Positions 21,230 through 30,709 of a stretch of DNA of 64,000 bases are shown piece after piece. This DNA comes from Desulfobacterales bacterium. GTDB taxonomy: Bacteria > Desulfobacterota > Desulfobacteria > Desulfobacterales > UBA2174. The translations under genes and the position numbers were made by a program. Under the pieces are notes generated by a model. That model did not search any database. It was not told the origin of the DNA and saw nothing but the letters and a program-made list of their open reading frames with translations. The first letter of the stretch is position 1. Every line of letters starts with the position of its first letter. The DNA is taken from positions 32,001-96,000 of the forward strand of contig CAXXWC010000001.1 in NCBI GenBank assembly GCA_963668645.2, in the 5' to 3' direction.

Positions 21230-21883
21230 TCAGAGGAGACCCTTTGCAGCTATACCCTTCAATCTTTTGTTGATGTGTAATCGCAGCCTTTCTTTGGCAA
21301 GCTGGTAATCATTTTTTTCAAGCGCATCACAGACCAGTCGATGCTCTTCGATCGCCTGGTCAAGGCTTCCGGAAAGGCGCAAATGCTTAAATTGATAGCG
21401 GGCCAGGTTCAAAGAAATCGTTCCGTAGAAGTAAACCAGCTTCGTATTATCACTTAATTCTATTAATCTGGAATGGAAGCCGGACAGCGCCTTATGAAAT
21501 AGCAAATATTGATGGGGATCTTCGCCGTCTAGCGTGGTCAGCTTGGCAGCATCCAAAATGGCCGACTTTAATGGGGTCAGGTCCGTATCATTCTTTTGAG
21601 AGATCAAGTCGACGGCATAGCATTCGATCATTTCCCTTGCCTGGTAGACCTCGATCATGTCCTTGGTGGACAGACCGGTCACATACACTCCTTTTCTAGG
21701 TACACTATAGACCAGTCTTTCGCTTTCCAGGATCCGGAACGCCTCACGGATCGGATGCCTGCTGATTTCGAGCTTTGCAGCAAGATCGTTTTCGTTGAGC
21801 CGTTTTTCCGGTTCAAGCTCCCCGGTAATGATCCGGCTGCGAAGGTGCTCCAATACGAGAGCGGTCAAGCTTTGGGCTTCCAT
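21230..21883 (-). CDS. GntR/FadR-family (FCD) transcriptional regulator
   Basis: LAAKLEISRHPIREA wHTH, PRKGVYV, FCD histidines (FH, EEH, LH). Confidence 0.92.
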   Translation of the reverse strand: MEAQSLTALVLEHLRSRIITGELEPEKRLNENDLAAKLEISRHPIREAFRILESERLVYSVPRKGVYVTGLSTKDMIEVYQAREMIECYAVDLISQKNDTDLTPLKSAILDAAKLTTLDGEDPHQYLLFHKALSGFHSRLIELSDNTKLVYFYGTISLNLARYQFKHLRLSGSLDQAIEEHRLVCDALEKNDYQLAKERLRLHINKRLKGIAAKGLL

Positions 21884-21902
21884 ATAGATTCCCCTTTCCA
21901 TT

Positions 21903-21959
21903 CTGTTGACAGTCAACTGTTGACAGTTCACTGTTAACACTGCTGGGCGAACGGGTCAA
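21903..21959 (-). promoter_or_regulatory. GntR promoter with three tandem operator palindromes
   Basis: CTGTT(G/A)ACA(G/C) at 21903, 21917 and 21931 (14-bp period). Minus-strand TTGACC-17 bp-TAACAG overlaps one of the copies. Confidence 0.65.
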
Positions 21960-22477
21960 CCATTTTATATTTCAGGATCGCCGGAGGCGGATCGCCCATT
22001 GTGGGAAGCGGCTGTTCAAAACAGCTAATTGGGCGCTGCCGTCAGACATCGGGGCAAATCTGAGCCAAGGCGGATACAGGTGTTGCTTGCCTCTTGAGCC
22101 AACCTTGCAAGATCAGGTAATGATGGGAAAAAGATACTTTATGTCTGCGGTACAATTATGATATCAGCAGTTTCGGGCATATCAGGCTATATTTTACCCT
22201 ATGGAACCACAAAACGGTTGGATTCTGTAAAATCAGTATGTTATCCGATTATTTTTGCCATACTTGATCATATTTTGCGATTCTCAAGGAGCCTGTGCTT
22301 TCGTTTTCCGGGGTGTCGGCTTTGCGTCTAACTCATAGAAAACACATGTAATGATTGTCATTTACGATAGATGGCTATCCTCTTTTTCGTTCTTGTCAAA
22401 TCGTCCATTTCTTGATAATGTATTGCATATATGCCCGGTTGCGGCGATAACCTGCAATACTTTATCGGGAGGGCGAT

Positions 22478-23137
22478 ATGGATGGTTCGACCGAGGTTTC
22501 CCAGCGTCTCGCGGTCCTGTTCAAGCAGCATCCATGCTGGATGATCGGGCCGCTGAGCCAACAGATGGACTACTCGATTCCATCAACCCGGCGATTTCTG
22601 GCCCAGAACGGCTACTACAGCAGTTTTACGCACAACGGACGATGGTATACCCTGCGTTCGATTCCTCGCTTTTCGCGCGAAGGACTGTGGTTTTACCACG
22701 ACATCGGCTTTTCCCGGGCCGGCAGTCTGACCCGTACGCTGGTGGCCCTGATCGATGCCAGTCTGGCAGGGATGAGCGCCGAAGCGCTCGGCCAAAAGTT
22801 GCGCTGCCGTTGTCATTCGGTTCTGGTCGGGTTGTACCGCCGCGGTCTTGTCCAGCGCCAGCGCCAGGGACGCGCGAACGTTTACCTGGCCAGCAATGCC
22901 AGGACCGCCGAGGCGCAACGTCGTGTCCTGGAAGCGCCCGTGGCGGCGGTGCTGCCAGCCGAGATTGCAGTGATGGTGCTGGCCGAATTCATCCGCAAGC
23001 CGTCAGCCGAGCCGGCCGAGTTGGCCCGCCGGGTGTCGGCCCGGGCCGCCGTGCGCATCAAGGCCGACCAGATCCGGGCGCTGTTTGCGCAGCACGGTTT
23101 AAAAAAAATGCTGCCGTTGCGGCCATCGGCCTCCTGA
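22478..23137 (+). CDS. IS OrfA (putative wHTH DNA-binding protein)
   Basis: 219 aa with GGAGG RBS; overlaps the transposase frame at an A8 tract. Confidence 0.65.
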   Translation: MDGSTEVSQRLAVLFKQHPCWMIGPLSQQMDYSIPSTRRFLAQNGYYSSFTHNGRWYTLRSIPRFSREGLWFYHDIGFSRAGSLTRTLVALIDASLAGMSAEALGQKLRCRCHSVLVGLYRRGLVQRQRQGRANVYLASNARTAEAQRRVLEAPVAAVLPAEIAVMVLAEFIRKPSAEPAELARRVSARAAVRIKADQIRALFAQHGLKKMLPLRPSAS

Positions 23138-24942
23138 GCCGCCTCAACGAACAACTGCACCAGGAGGTGCGCCCGTCGGCGTTGTTCGCGCAGCCGCCGG
23201 TGGTCGATTTTCGCTACCCGCACCGGCAGTGCTCCTGCGGCGGTGCCTTGAAAGTCCAAAAGACACAAACCAAGCGCGTGGTCAGTCTTTCGGTCACCTA
23301 TATCGCCCGCCGGACCGTGCAACGCTGTACCCGTTGTGGCCGTGTCTGGGAAGATCCGGCCCTGCGTCAGCGGGTGGCGCATCGTTGCAATACCGCTTGG
23401 GACGTGCTGGTCTTTGTCGGCCGTCGCCTGTTCGAGGACTGCCACAGTGTCGGGCAGGTTCGCAACGAGCTGCTGGCCCGCGATGTGGTGCTGTCCGATT
23501 CTCAAATCACCAAACTCGGCCGCAAGTTTATCCTCTTGCTGGCTCTGGCCCATCGGCGCGCCACCCCGCGCATCAAGCAGGCCATGGCCAGAAGCGGCGG
23601 CTATATCCTGCATCTGGATGCCGTGCATCAAGAAGATGCGCCCGCTCTGATGTCAGGCATCGACGCTCTGAGCCGCCTGGTGTTGGCCAATGTCAAGGTG
23701 CCCAGTGAACACGCCGCTCAGATCATCCCGTTTTTGGAAAAGATCAAAGACGACTATGGCGATCCGATCGCCTGTGTGCATGACATGGGCACAGGCATCT
23801 GCAAGGCGGTCGGGGCCGTGTTCCCCACAAGCAAAGACTTTGTCTGCCACTTTCATTTCTTGCGCGATGCGGGCAAAGACCTGATCGAGCCGGCCTACCG
23901 CGAGCTTCGTGGCTGCCTGCGTCGCCATGCGTTCAGCACCCGGTTCCGTGCGTTGGCCCGCCACGCCCGTCGGTTACTGGCCGAGCCGAACGCCCTGGCG
24001 ATGTATCTGGCGGGCACCCAAACGGCTGCCGATTTGAGTCTCACGACCCCTGCGGCGGTCTATGCACTATCGCTGTGGAGCTTGCAGGCCAAACACTGCG
24101 GCGATGGCTACGGCTTTCCTTTCGATCGCCCCTTGCTGGTACTGGCCGAACGGCTTATGATCCTGCTCGATTGCCTGCCGCGCCTGCTACAGACACTTCC
24201 CGGCGACAACGTGGCCGGCAGCCGCTTGTTTGTCCACCTGGCACGAAAGGTGATGGATGTCGTCGCCGATCCGGTCTTCGAAAAAAGCCTCGACTCGTTA
24301 CGCTGGCGTTGCCGGCTCTTTGATCAGCTTCGCCAAGCCATGCGCATCGCACCTTCCGGAGGCCGAGACGGCCTCAACGATGATGGTGCCGCACCCGCGA
24401 TGGAAAGTATCCGCCAGAGCGTTGGCCAATTCCGTCACCGTCTCGATGCCGAAGCAAAGCTGGCAGCCGATCCGCTGTGCCGCAAACTGGCCGAACAGAT
24501 CGACAAGTATCACGACAAACTGTTTGCCGACCCGATTGACGTGCAGACCCCTTCGGGGCCGCAGGTGGTTTATCCCCAGCGGACCAACAACATCCTGGAA
24601 CAGTTCTTTCGCAGCTTGCGCCGGGATCATCGCCGCCGTACCGGCGATAATCGCATGCACCGCGCGTTGCAAACCATGCTGGCCGATACCCCGTTGGTGA
24701 AAAATCTGTCCAACCCCGACTACATGAAAATCCTGCTCGACGGCCGGCCCAATATCGAAGCCCTGTTTGCTGATTTGGATCGAACCTCGGCTTCCGAGGA
24801 GCTGATACCGGCCGCGGATGCCGATCGCATTCTGCCTGGTTTTAAAGCACTGACAAAAATACCGGATCTTCCCGTTCGAATCTCACAGCGCGCTTCTGCG
24901 GCTTTATCCGGGGCAAAATCCAACCAAATTGTGTGGCCATAG
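23101..24942 (+). CDS. IS OrfB transposase (zinc ribbon + DDE), probably expressed by -1 frameshift from OrfA
   Basis: CSCGG...CTRCG, LHLDA, VHDMG, CHFH (CxxH) and RTNNILEQFFR; -1 frame relative to OrfA. Confidence 0.75.
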   Translation, partial: KKNAAVAAIGLLSRLNEQLHQEVRPSALFAQPPVVDFRYPHRQCSCGGALKVQKTQTKRVVSLSVTYIARRTVQRCTRCGRVWEDPALRQRVAHRCNTAWDVLVFVGRRLFEDCHSVGQVRNELLARDVVLSDSQITKLGRKFILLLALAHRRATPRIKQAMARSGGYILHLDAVHQEDAPALMSGIDALSRLVLANVKVPSEHAAQIIPFLEKIKDDYGDPIACVHDMGTGICKAVGAVFPTSKDFVCHFHFLRDAGKDLIEPAYRELRGCLRRHAFSTRFRALARHARRLLAEPNALAMYLAGTQTAADLSLTTPAAVYALSLWSLQAKHCGDGYGFPFDRPLLVLAERLMILLDCLPRLLQTLPGDNVAGSRLFVHLARKVMDVVADPVFEKSLDSLRWRCRLFDQLRQAMRIAPSGGRDGLNDDGAAPAMESIRQSVGQFRHRLDAEAKLAADPLCRKLAEQIDKYHDKLFADPIDVQTPSGPQVVYPQRTNNILEQFFRSLRRDHRRRTGDNRMHRALQTMLADTPLVKNLSNPDYMKILLDGRPNIEALFADLDRTSASEELIPAADADRILPGFKALTKIPDLPVRISQRASAALSGAKSNQIVWP

Positions 24943-25113
24943 ATTTTACCTTTGGCATTGCGCGGATAGCGACGAACGCGCGTCCACGGCGCCCCACCCC
25001 GCCGTTGGTGAGCGATAGGGATACCGGCATGACGCCATCGGAACAGGCCATGAGACGACGCCGGAAAGATAATTTTCGAAGTGCACCCGTGTCGCCAACA
25101 GGAACTGCAAGCC

Positions 25114-25374
25114 ATGAAAAAAACCCAAAATAAGATTTGGTTCTCTGCAATGAAGTATGGTATCGGATGGGGACTTCCCACCGCTTGGCAAGGCTGGGTG
25201 GTATTATTAGCCTACATAGTTCTTGTACTGTCCGGGATTCGAATCCTCAGAATTTCTCCAGGCTTCATAGTGGTTTTTATTCTTTATGTGTTATTTTTAA
25301 CCGTAATACTTTTTTTGATATGCTGGAAAAAAGGAGAAAAGCCGGAACTGCGGTGGAAAGGCAAGCCGTTATGA
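25114..25374 (+). CDS. Small two-TM membrane protein
   Basis: WF..KYG.GWGLP.AWQGW motif, two hydrophobic stretches, KGEKP..RW C-terminus. Confidence 0.7.
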   Translation: MKKTQNKIWFSAMKYGIGWGLPTAWQGWVVLLAYIVLVLSGIRILRISPGFIVVFILYVLFLTVILFLICWKKGEKPELRWKGKPL

Positions 25375-25529
25375 ATGAATTTAAAAGAAAGGCGCGCAGT
25401 ACAATTTGAATTGCGGCCGGACCATTGCCCTGGCCCCGCGCTATTCATAACCATTTGTAAAATCAATTAAAATTCCGGTATGCTTGTGGACCACAATGGG
25501 AAATGTTGGATCGCCATGCGGAGATAAAA

Positions 25530-25886
25530 ATGAATTTATCACTCGATATTCATGACGGATCCGGCTATCTGGCTTGTACGGCAACCGGCAAATGGATTAC
25601 GGAAGAACTGAAACAGTTCATAGATGCACTAAGCACCGATTTGGGCAAAGGTGGATATACCCGTCTGCTGGCGGATCTGTCTGGGGTCACGGGGCCTCCA
25701 CCGGAGATGGATCGTTATTATATCGGCGAATATATCGCATCTGTGCTTCGCGGCATCAAAGTCGCCATAGTGTATCAAAAGGTTTATACGAATACTTTTT
25801 TTGAAGATACAGCCGTCAATCGCGGTGCATATTTAAAAGTCTTTCCCGACAAAGACAGCGCCCGTAAATGGTTGATGGAAGATTAA
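25530..25886 (+). CDS. Hypothetical protein (STAS/SpoIIAA-like)
   Basis: LLADL, KVAIV, FFEDTAVNRG and VF....A.KWL pattern; GGAG RBS. Confidence 0.6.
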   Translation: MNLSLDIHDGSGYLACTATGKWITEELKQFIDALSTDLGKGGYTRLLADLSGVTGPPPEMDRYYIGEYIASVLRGIKVAIVYQKVYTNTFFEDTAVNRGAYLKVFPDKDSARKWLMED

Positions 25887-25966
25887 CGCCGGTTCGATCG
25901 TAAGCCTTTCAACGCATCCCGGCGGCTGTTGTGCCGGGATGCGTGCATACCTCGGATAAACAGCGG

Positions 25967-28174
25967 TTAGTACTTCAAGGTGATGCCGGCGAAAACCGTC
26001 CGGCCCTCGTTCTGATAGTATTCGTAATAATCCTCGTCGAACAGATTCTCGGCGCACACGTATACTTCCACCCATTTTACCGGAGTCACGGTGATTTTTG
26101 CATCAAGGAAAAAGGCGGGTTCATAGGTACCGTAAACACCATCCTCGGTGTCGGCGTTATCCGAGTCGTTATAGATTTTGCTGAAATATCGGCCGACGAT
26201 GCTCCCCTTGAACCACTTGTACCGCGTATCCAGGCCGATATTGAAGGCGTTTTCAGGAATACCGGTGACCTGTTTGTTCTCACTGGCCGGGTCCGTATCG
26301 TTTTCGGTGATTTGGGCATCCGTATAAGTGTAGTTGCCCCATAAGGTAAGCCAGTCGGTCACCTTATGGGAGGCCTCCAGCTCCAGCCCATAGGTGCGCG
26401 CTTCTCCGGCGTTGCTTCGCAGTTTGGTCGATCCGATCACCTGATAGTAAATCAGATCCTTGATGTCGTTGCGGTATCCGGTCAACGAAATCTTGGTGCG
26501 CTTGTCGAAAAAGTACTGGTCGACCCCCATCTCATAGGTCCAGACGGTTTCGGGATCCAGGTCCGGATTGCTTTGATAAAGCGTCCCGTAGGATGTCCAT
26601 GTTCTGAAAAGTTCATAGAGATTGGGGGGTCTGAAGGCGTGTCCCACCGAGGCCTTGAGGCTCGTATCGTCGAGAATGCGCCATACGGCGGACACCTTGG
26701 GACTGATTTCCGATTCGGTGTTGCTCGCGTAATAGCTCTGGGCTCCCGGATCGCCCGAGGCGCCGTCATATACCTTCCACGAATCGTAGCGCAGGCCCGC
26801 GTAAATGGTCAGCGGGTCGAGGATGCGCCACTCGTCCTGGATGAAAGCGGCCCAGGTCTTGGAGCTGCCTCCGGAGTAAAAGGTGCTCGCCCCCTTGCCG
26901 GAAAAGCTGCGATAGAAGGGAACATCATAATCGTTGGTATCGGAGGTATCCTTGCGATAGGAGGTGCCCACGGTCAACGTATGTGCCCGACCGACAGGCA
27001 GATCGGCACGCAGTTCGGAAAACCAGCTTTCGTTTTCTGTCTCCTTCAGCGTCCCCGCCGAATCGTCGTAGTCTGCCAGTCCGCTACCGGACTCGGTGGT
27101 GTACCGATCGTCGACTTGCACCGTTCCGATCTGGGCGTTGACCAGTACCGGGCCGAAATACTCTTTGAAAGACATTGAATAGACTTGGGTCTCGTTCTCG
27201 CCGATTCCCGTGTAGCTGATAAAATCGTTGGGGCGAAACCGAACTCGCTGATCAGTGCCGGCAATGGCATAGGTGCTGTTGTCGCCGAAGGTGCCCATGT
27301 AACTGTTGGGCCTGCCGTATTCGTATTCATGTTTGCCCGAAACGGCAAGCAGCGACAGTTGTCCCGTGTCCGAAAAATCGAAGGTCAACTTCCCGTTGAA
27401 GCTGGTGTGCTCCGCGCTGTTGTCCCCTCTGTCGCCGACCACCCAGCGGGTGGGGTTGCCGTGTTTATCGTTCATGGCATAACCGCCGGTGACATTCCCG
27501 TTGCCCGATGAGATCGTACTGGCCACGGGCGTGGTCGGATATCCGTCCGTGCTTTCATTTTCGTAGCCGAGTTGAATACTGAGCCTGTCCATGTATCGAT
27601 TACCGGCGCTGAAATGGTATCGTTTTGTCTGGTTGGTGCCGTATCCACTGCCCGCTTCAAGGGTTAGTTTTTCGGGAGTACTGGTGATGATGTTGACCAC
27701 ACCGCCCATGGCGTTGCCGCCGTAAAGGGCCGAGGCGGCGCCGCGGATGACTTCAATCCGTTCGATGTTGTGCACCGGGATGGCGCCCCACTCCAGGCCT
27801 CCGGTGTAAGCGTCATTGAGCGGTTGTCCGTCAAGCAGAATCAAGGTGTATTGATCGCCGCTGAATCCCCTGAATCTCACTGAAGCGGTCGAATCCATCA
27901 TCCCCTTATTCCGTTTTACGAATACTCCCGAAAGGGTGTCCAGGGCGTCATCTACGGTCTGAATATTTTGACTTTTCAATTCCTCCTTGCCGATAATCGT
28001 TACACTGCCGGGAACCTCATCTATTTTCTTTTCGGTTTTGGTGGCGGTCACCACGATCTCATCCAGTGCAACAGCACCGGAATCCGGTTCCGCTGCATGA
28101 ACCCGCTGGGCTGATGCCAGGCAGAGACCTGACGCAATGATGACGGCAATCCATTTATTTCGAAACATTTTCAT
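25967..28174 (-). CDS. TonB-dependent outer membrane receptor
   Basis: Signal peptide, TonB box DEIVVTAT, plug motif IERIEVIRGAASALYGGNAMGGVVNIIT, NLFD..Y and C-terminal GRTVFAGITLKY. Confidence 0.95.
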   Translation of the reverse strand: MKMFRNKWIAVIIASGLCLASAQRVHAAEPDSGAVALDEIVVTATKTEKKIDEVPGSVTIIGKEELKSQNIQTVDDALDTLSGVFVKRNKGMMDSTASVRFRGFSGDQYTLILLDGQPLNDAYTGGLEWGAIPVHNIERIEVIRGAASALYGGNAMGGVVNIITSTPEKLTLEAGSGYGTNQTKRYHFSAGNRYMDRLSIQLGYENESTDGYPTTPVASTISSGNGNVTGGYAMNDKHGNPTRWVVGDRGDNSAEHTSFNGKLTFDFSDTGQLSLLAVSGKHEYEYGRPNSYMGTFGDNSTYAIAGTDQRVRFRPNDFISYTGIGENETQVYSMSFKEYFGPVLVNAQIGTVQVDDRYTTESGSGLADYDDSAGTLKETENESWFSELRADLPVGRAHTLTVGTSYRKDTSDTNDYDVPFYRSFSGKGASTFYSGGSSKTWAAFIQDEWRILDPLTIYAGLRYDSWKVYDGASGDPGAQSYYASNTESEISPKVSAVWRILDDTSLKASVGHAFRPPNLYELFRTWTSYGTLYQSNPDLDPETVWTYEMGVDQYFFDKRTKISLTGYRNDIKDLIYYQVIGSTKLRSNAGEARTYGLELEASHKVTDWLTLWGNYTYTDAQITENDTDPASENKQVTGIPENAFNIGLDTRYKWFKGSIVGRYFSKIYNDSDNADTEDGVYGTYEPAFFLDAKITVTPVKWVEVYVCAENLFDEDYYEYYQNEGRTVFAGITLKY

Positions 28175-28254
28175 ACACTCCCTCCTCTCCGGTCGATATG
28201 GTTGTGCCCGTGCAGTCACCGGCGGACGGGGTGATGCGTGCTTTTCGGATAGAG

Positions 28255-28305
28255 AAAAAAAGCCACGCCGGCGCTACAGTGCAGTTGCTGTAAGCCTTCG
28301 TGGCT
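28255..28305 (-). terminator. Terminator-like hairpin in the 5' leader of the TonB receptor gene
   Basis: AGCCACG/CGTGGCT stem with inner GGC/GCC and TACAG/CTGTA pairs, followed by U7 on the minus strand. Confidence 0.6.
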
Positions 28306-28592
28306 CGGGATTGTTAATTATTAGCTTGTTGCTGGGGTGGCGGGTGGCACGCTTTTGTGCGATCACGGGGGCCTTCTCGGCCTCAATAAAGAACAAAATT
28401 TTTTACCTTTCGCAAGGTCTCCTGTCAACAGGTTTCTGTTGGTCAGGTTTTTGTTGCACCGCGCACAACGCTTGACAATGCCACGGTCTTTGACTAATGA
28501 CGGAACGCATCGACCGCCTTCTTCAAAAGACCCGCAAGAAGCAGGTGCCGGGCGGCGAACCGATAGATCAAAAATAAAAATCCTTTTGATGA

Positions 28593-28650
28593 ACAAAAGG
28601 CCTTTGCTCCCGGGATGCATACTCAACCCCGGAGGAAAGGCCTTTTTTGT
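28593..28650 (+). terminator. Terminator-like hairpin in the 5' leader of the ABC/chelatase operon
   Basis: AAAAGGCCTTT...AAAGGCCTTTT stem with inner CTCC-GGG/CCC-GGAG pairs and a U6 tail, just before the GGAGG RBS. Confidence 0.6.
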
Positions 28651-28665
28651 GTTCCGGAGGCCTGG

Positions 28666-29679
28666 TTGCGGAAGAAACTCTTCGCTCTATTCGTGGCGTC
28701 CCTACTTGCAGCCACGCCGGTCTCGGCCCGGACGGTGACCGTGACCGACGCTCTGGGCCGGCAGCGCCCCATCCGCTTGCCGGTCGAACGCGTGGTGGTC
28801 CTGACCAGCGACGCTCTTGAAGCAATGCGCATCCTGCGGGTCGAGGATCGCATCGTGGGGATCAGCAACGCCCTGTCTAACGAGCCCGAGTTGTGGCAGA
28901 ATTTTTTGCACCTGCCGGTGGCCGGGGCCTGGAATGCCCCGAGCTATGAACGTATCGCAGCCATAGCCCCCGACCTGGTACTGGCCTACGGCCGCCGGCC
29001 CGGCCCGGAGATGGAAGCCAAGCTCGACGCGCTGGGCATTCAGTCGCTGCGCCTCGATCTGTATAAACTCGACACGCTGCACCGTGATCTTCTTGCCCTG
29101 GCGGCGGTCTTTGACGCCGAGCCGGCGGCGAAGTCCTTTTTGAAGTGGCACGATGGCCACATGAAGCGCATCAAGGACCTGTGCGCCGCTCAACCCGAGC
29201 GACCGGCGGTCTACATCGAGGCCTACTCTCCGTACAAAGCGTTAGGCCCGAACACCGGCGGCGGTATGCTGGTGGCGGCCGCCGGTGGCCACAACCTGGC
29301 GCAGGGGATGGCCGCCGACTATCCGGCCATCGATACCGAGTGGCTCGTGGCCCGCAATCCGGATCTGATTGTCAAGACGATTTCGGCCCTGAACACTTAC
29401 GGCGCCCAAAACGACCAGGACCTGGTCCGGCGCCGCGACAAGATGATGGCGCGGCCCGGCTGGCGACTCTTGCAGGCGGTGCGGGACCGGCGTTTCTACA
29501 TGCTCAGTGCCGATGTGGCCGCCGGCCCGCGGGCCGTGGTAGGGCTTGCCTATCTGGCCGGCTGGTTCCATCCGCAGCTCGCCGCAGAAATAGATCCGGT
29601 CAAGATCCACCGCGAATATTTCGAAACCTTCCAGCGCATGCCGTTAAAGGGCTGTTATGCCTTCCCCGATCGGCGCTAG
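28666..29679 (+). CDS. Iron-chelate/cobalamin-type ABC transporter periplasmic binding protein (BtuF/HmuT/FecB class)
   Basis: Signal peptide, TVTDALGR, VERVV, ERIAAIAPDLV, EWLVARNPD and GPR; TTG start after GGAGG. Confidence 0.88.
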   Translation: MRKKLFALFVASLLAATPVSARTVTVTDALGRQRPIRLPVERVVVLTSDALEAMRILRVEDRIVGISNALSNEPELWQNFLHLPVAGAWNAPSYERIAAIAPDLVLAYGRRPGPEMEAKLDALGIQSLRLDLYKLDTLHRDLLALAAVFDAEPAAKSFLKWHDGHMKRIKDLCAAQPERPAVYIEAYSPYKALGPNTGGGMLVAAAGGHNLAQGMAADYPAIDTEWLVARNPDLIVKTISALNTYGAQNDQDLVRRRDKMMARPGWRLLQAVRDRRFYMLSADVAAGPRAVVGLAYLAGWFHPQLAAEIDPVKIHREYFETFQRMPLKGCYAFPDRR

Positions 29680-30709
29680 CCCCTCGCCGGCAGCGGCCGT
29701 GACCGCCCCCTACCGCCGCCTGTCACGGCGCAAGGGCGGCTTTCTGGTCCTGGCGTTGCTGGCTCTGGTGGCCGCCTCGGTTCTCGGGTTGGGCTGCGGG
29801 GCCGTGCATCTTTCGATCCTAGACTGGTTGAGGGTGCTTTCCGGTGACGGCGGCCTCCACGCCGCCGTACTCTGGGAACTGCGGCTGCCGCGCATCGTCA
29901 TGGCCCTGTTGGTCGGCTGGGCCCTGGGTATCAGCGGGGCTCTGTGCCAGGCCCTGCTGCGCAACCCCCTGGCCTCCCCGTTTACACTGGGGGTCGCTTC
30001 CGGGGCCGGTTTCGGGGCTGTGCTGGTCATCGTGGCCGGCGGCGGGATGTCCATCGGGATGGCAGCGGCCGGGGCCTTCGGCGGGGCCGTGGGGGCCGTG
30101 GGGATCATTCTGGCCGTGGCGCGCATGCGCCGGGCCTCCACCGAGACCTTGATCCTGGCGGGGGTGGCCGTGATGTTCTTCTTTTCGGCGGCCACCTCTT
30201 TTGCCCAGTATCTTGGCACCATGGAGCAGGTCTACGAGGTGGTCTTCTGGTTTTTCGGCAGCCTGGGAAAGGTCGGCTGGTCCCAGATCGGCATCACGGC
30301 TGTCATGGTGGCCCTGCCCACCCCCTGGGTCCTGGGCCGGGCCTGGGACCTCAACCTGGTGATGACCGGAGACGAGGCGGCCGCGGCCCTGGGGGTCGAC
30401 GTGGGGCGCCTGCGGGTCCGGGGGGTGGTCACCGCGGCCCTGATGACCGCCGGCGCCATCTGTTTTACCGGGGTGATCGGTTTCGTCGGTCTGGTGGCGC
30501 CCCATATCACGCGCATGATCATCGGCTCGGACCACCGCTACCTGCTGCCCGGAGCCGGACTGATCGGCGCCCTGCTCATGGTCTGCGCCGACACACTGAG
30601 CCGAACCGTTTGGGCCCCGCATGTCGTGCCGGTGGGGATCGTAACGGCCTTTCTCGGGGTGCCGTTTTTTTTCTATCTGCTCGTGCGCCGGCGCCGGGAG
30701 TTCTGGTGA
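29657..30709 (+). CDS. FecCD-family ABC permease
   Basis: LRLPR, RNPLASPFTLGVASGA, GDEAAAALG, GVIGFVGLVAPH and PVGIVT motifs. Confidence 0.93.
   Translation: MPSPIGASPSPAAAVTAPYRRLSRRKGGFLVLALLALVAASVLGLGCGAVHLSILDWLRVLSGDGGLHAAVLWELRLPRIVMALLVGWALGISGALCQALLRNPLASPFTLGVASGAGFGAVLVIVAGGGMSIGMAAAGAFGGAVGAVGIILAVARMRRASTETLILAGVAVMFFFSAATSFAQYLGTMEQVYEVVFWFFGSLGKVGWSQIGITAVMVALPTPWVLGRAWDLNLVMTGDEAAAALGVDVGRLRVRGVVTAALMTAGAICFTGVIGFVGLVAPHITRMIIGSDHRYLLPGAGLIGALLMVCADTLSRTVWAPHVVPVGIVTAFLGVPFFFYLLVRRRREFW

Larger units (their letters stand above)
22318..25088 (+). mobile_element. Unclassified two-ORF insertion sequence (IS256/MULE-like DDE transposase), ~2.77 kb
   Basis: GTGTC direct repeat at 22313-22317 and 25089-25093; GG...CC ends with only weak inverted similarity; contains a transposase. 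Boundaries are tentative. Confidence 0.55.

Noticed and set aside
21960..22312. Possible gene remnant in the AT-rich gap before the IS
   Set aside because: No convincing ORF or motif found; more likely promoter or intergenic DNA.
22351..23100. N-terminal part of the 863-aa ORF as a real protein start
   Set aside because: Overlaps OrfA, which has an RBS and protein-like sequence. The transposase-like sequence begins only after the A8 tract.
28175..28665. Cobalamin riboswitch upstream of the TonB receptor or ABC operon
   Set aside because: Expected from context, but I could not find the conserved B12-box elements by eye. An Rfam scan is needed to exclude it fully.
29944..30708. N-terminal extension of the ABC ATPase (511-aa ORF)
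   Set aside because: Overlaps the permease in another frame; the true start is at the TGATG overlap at 30709.
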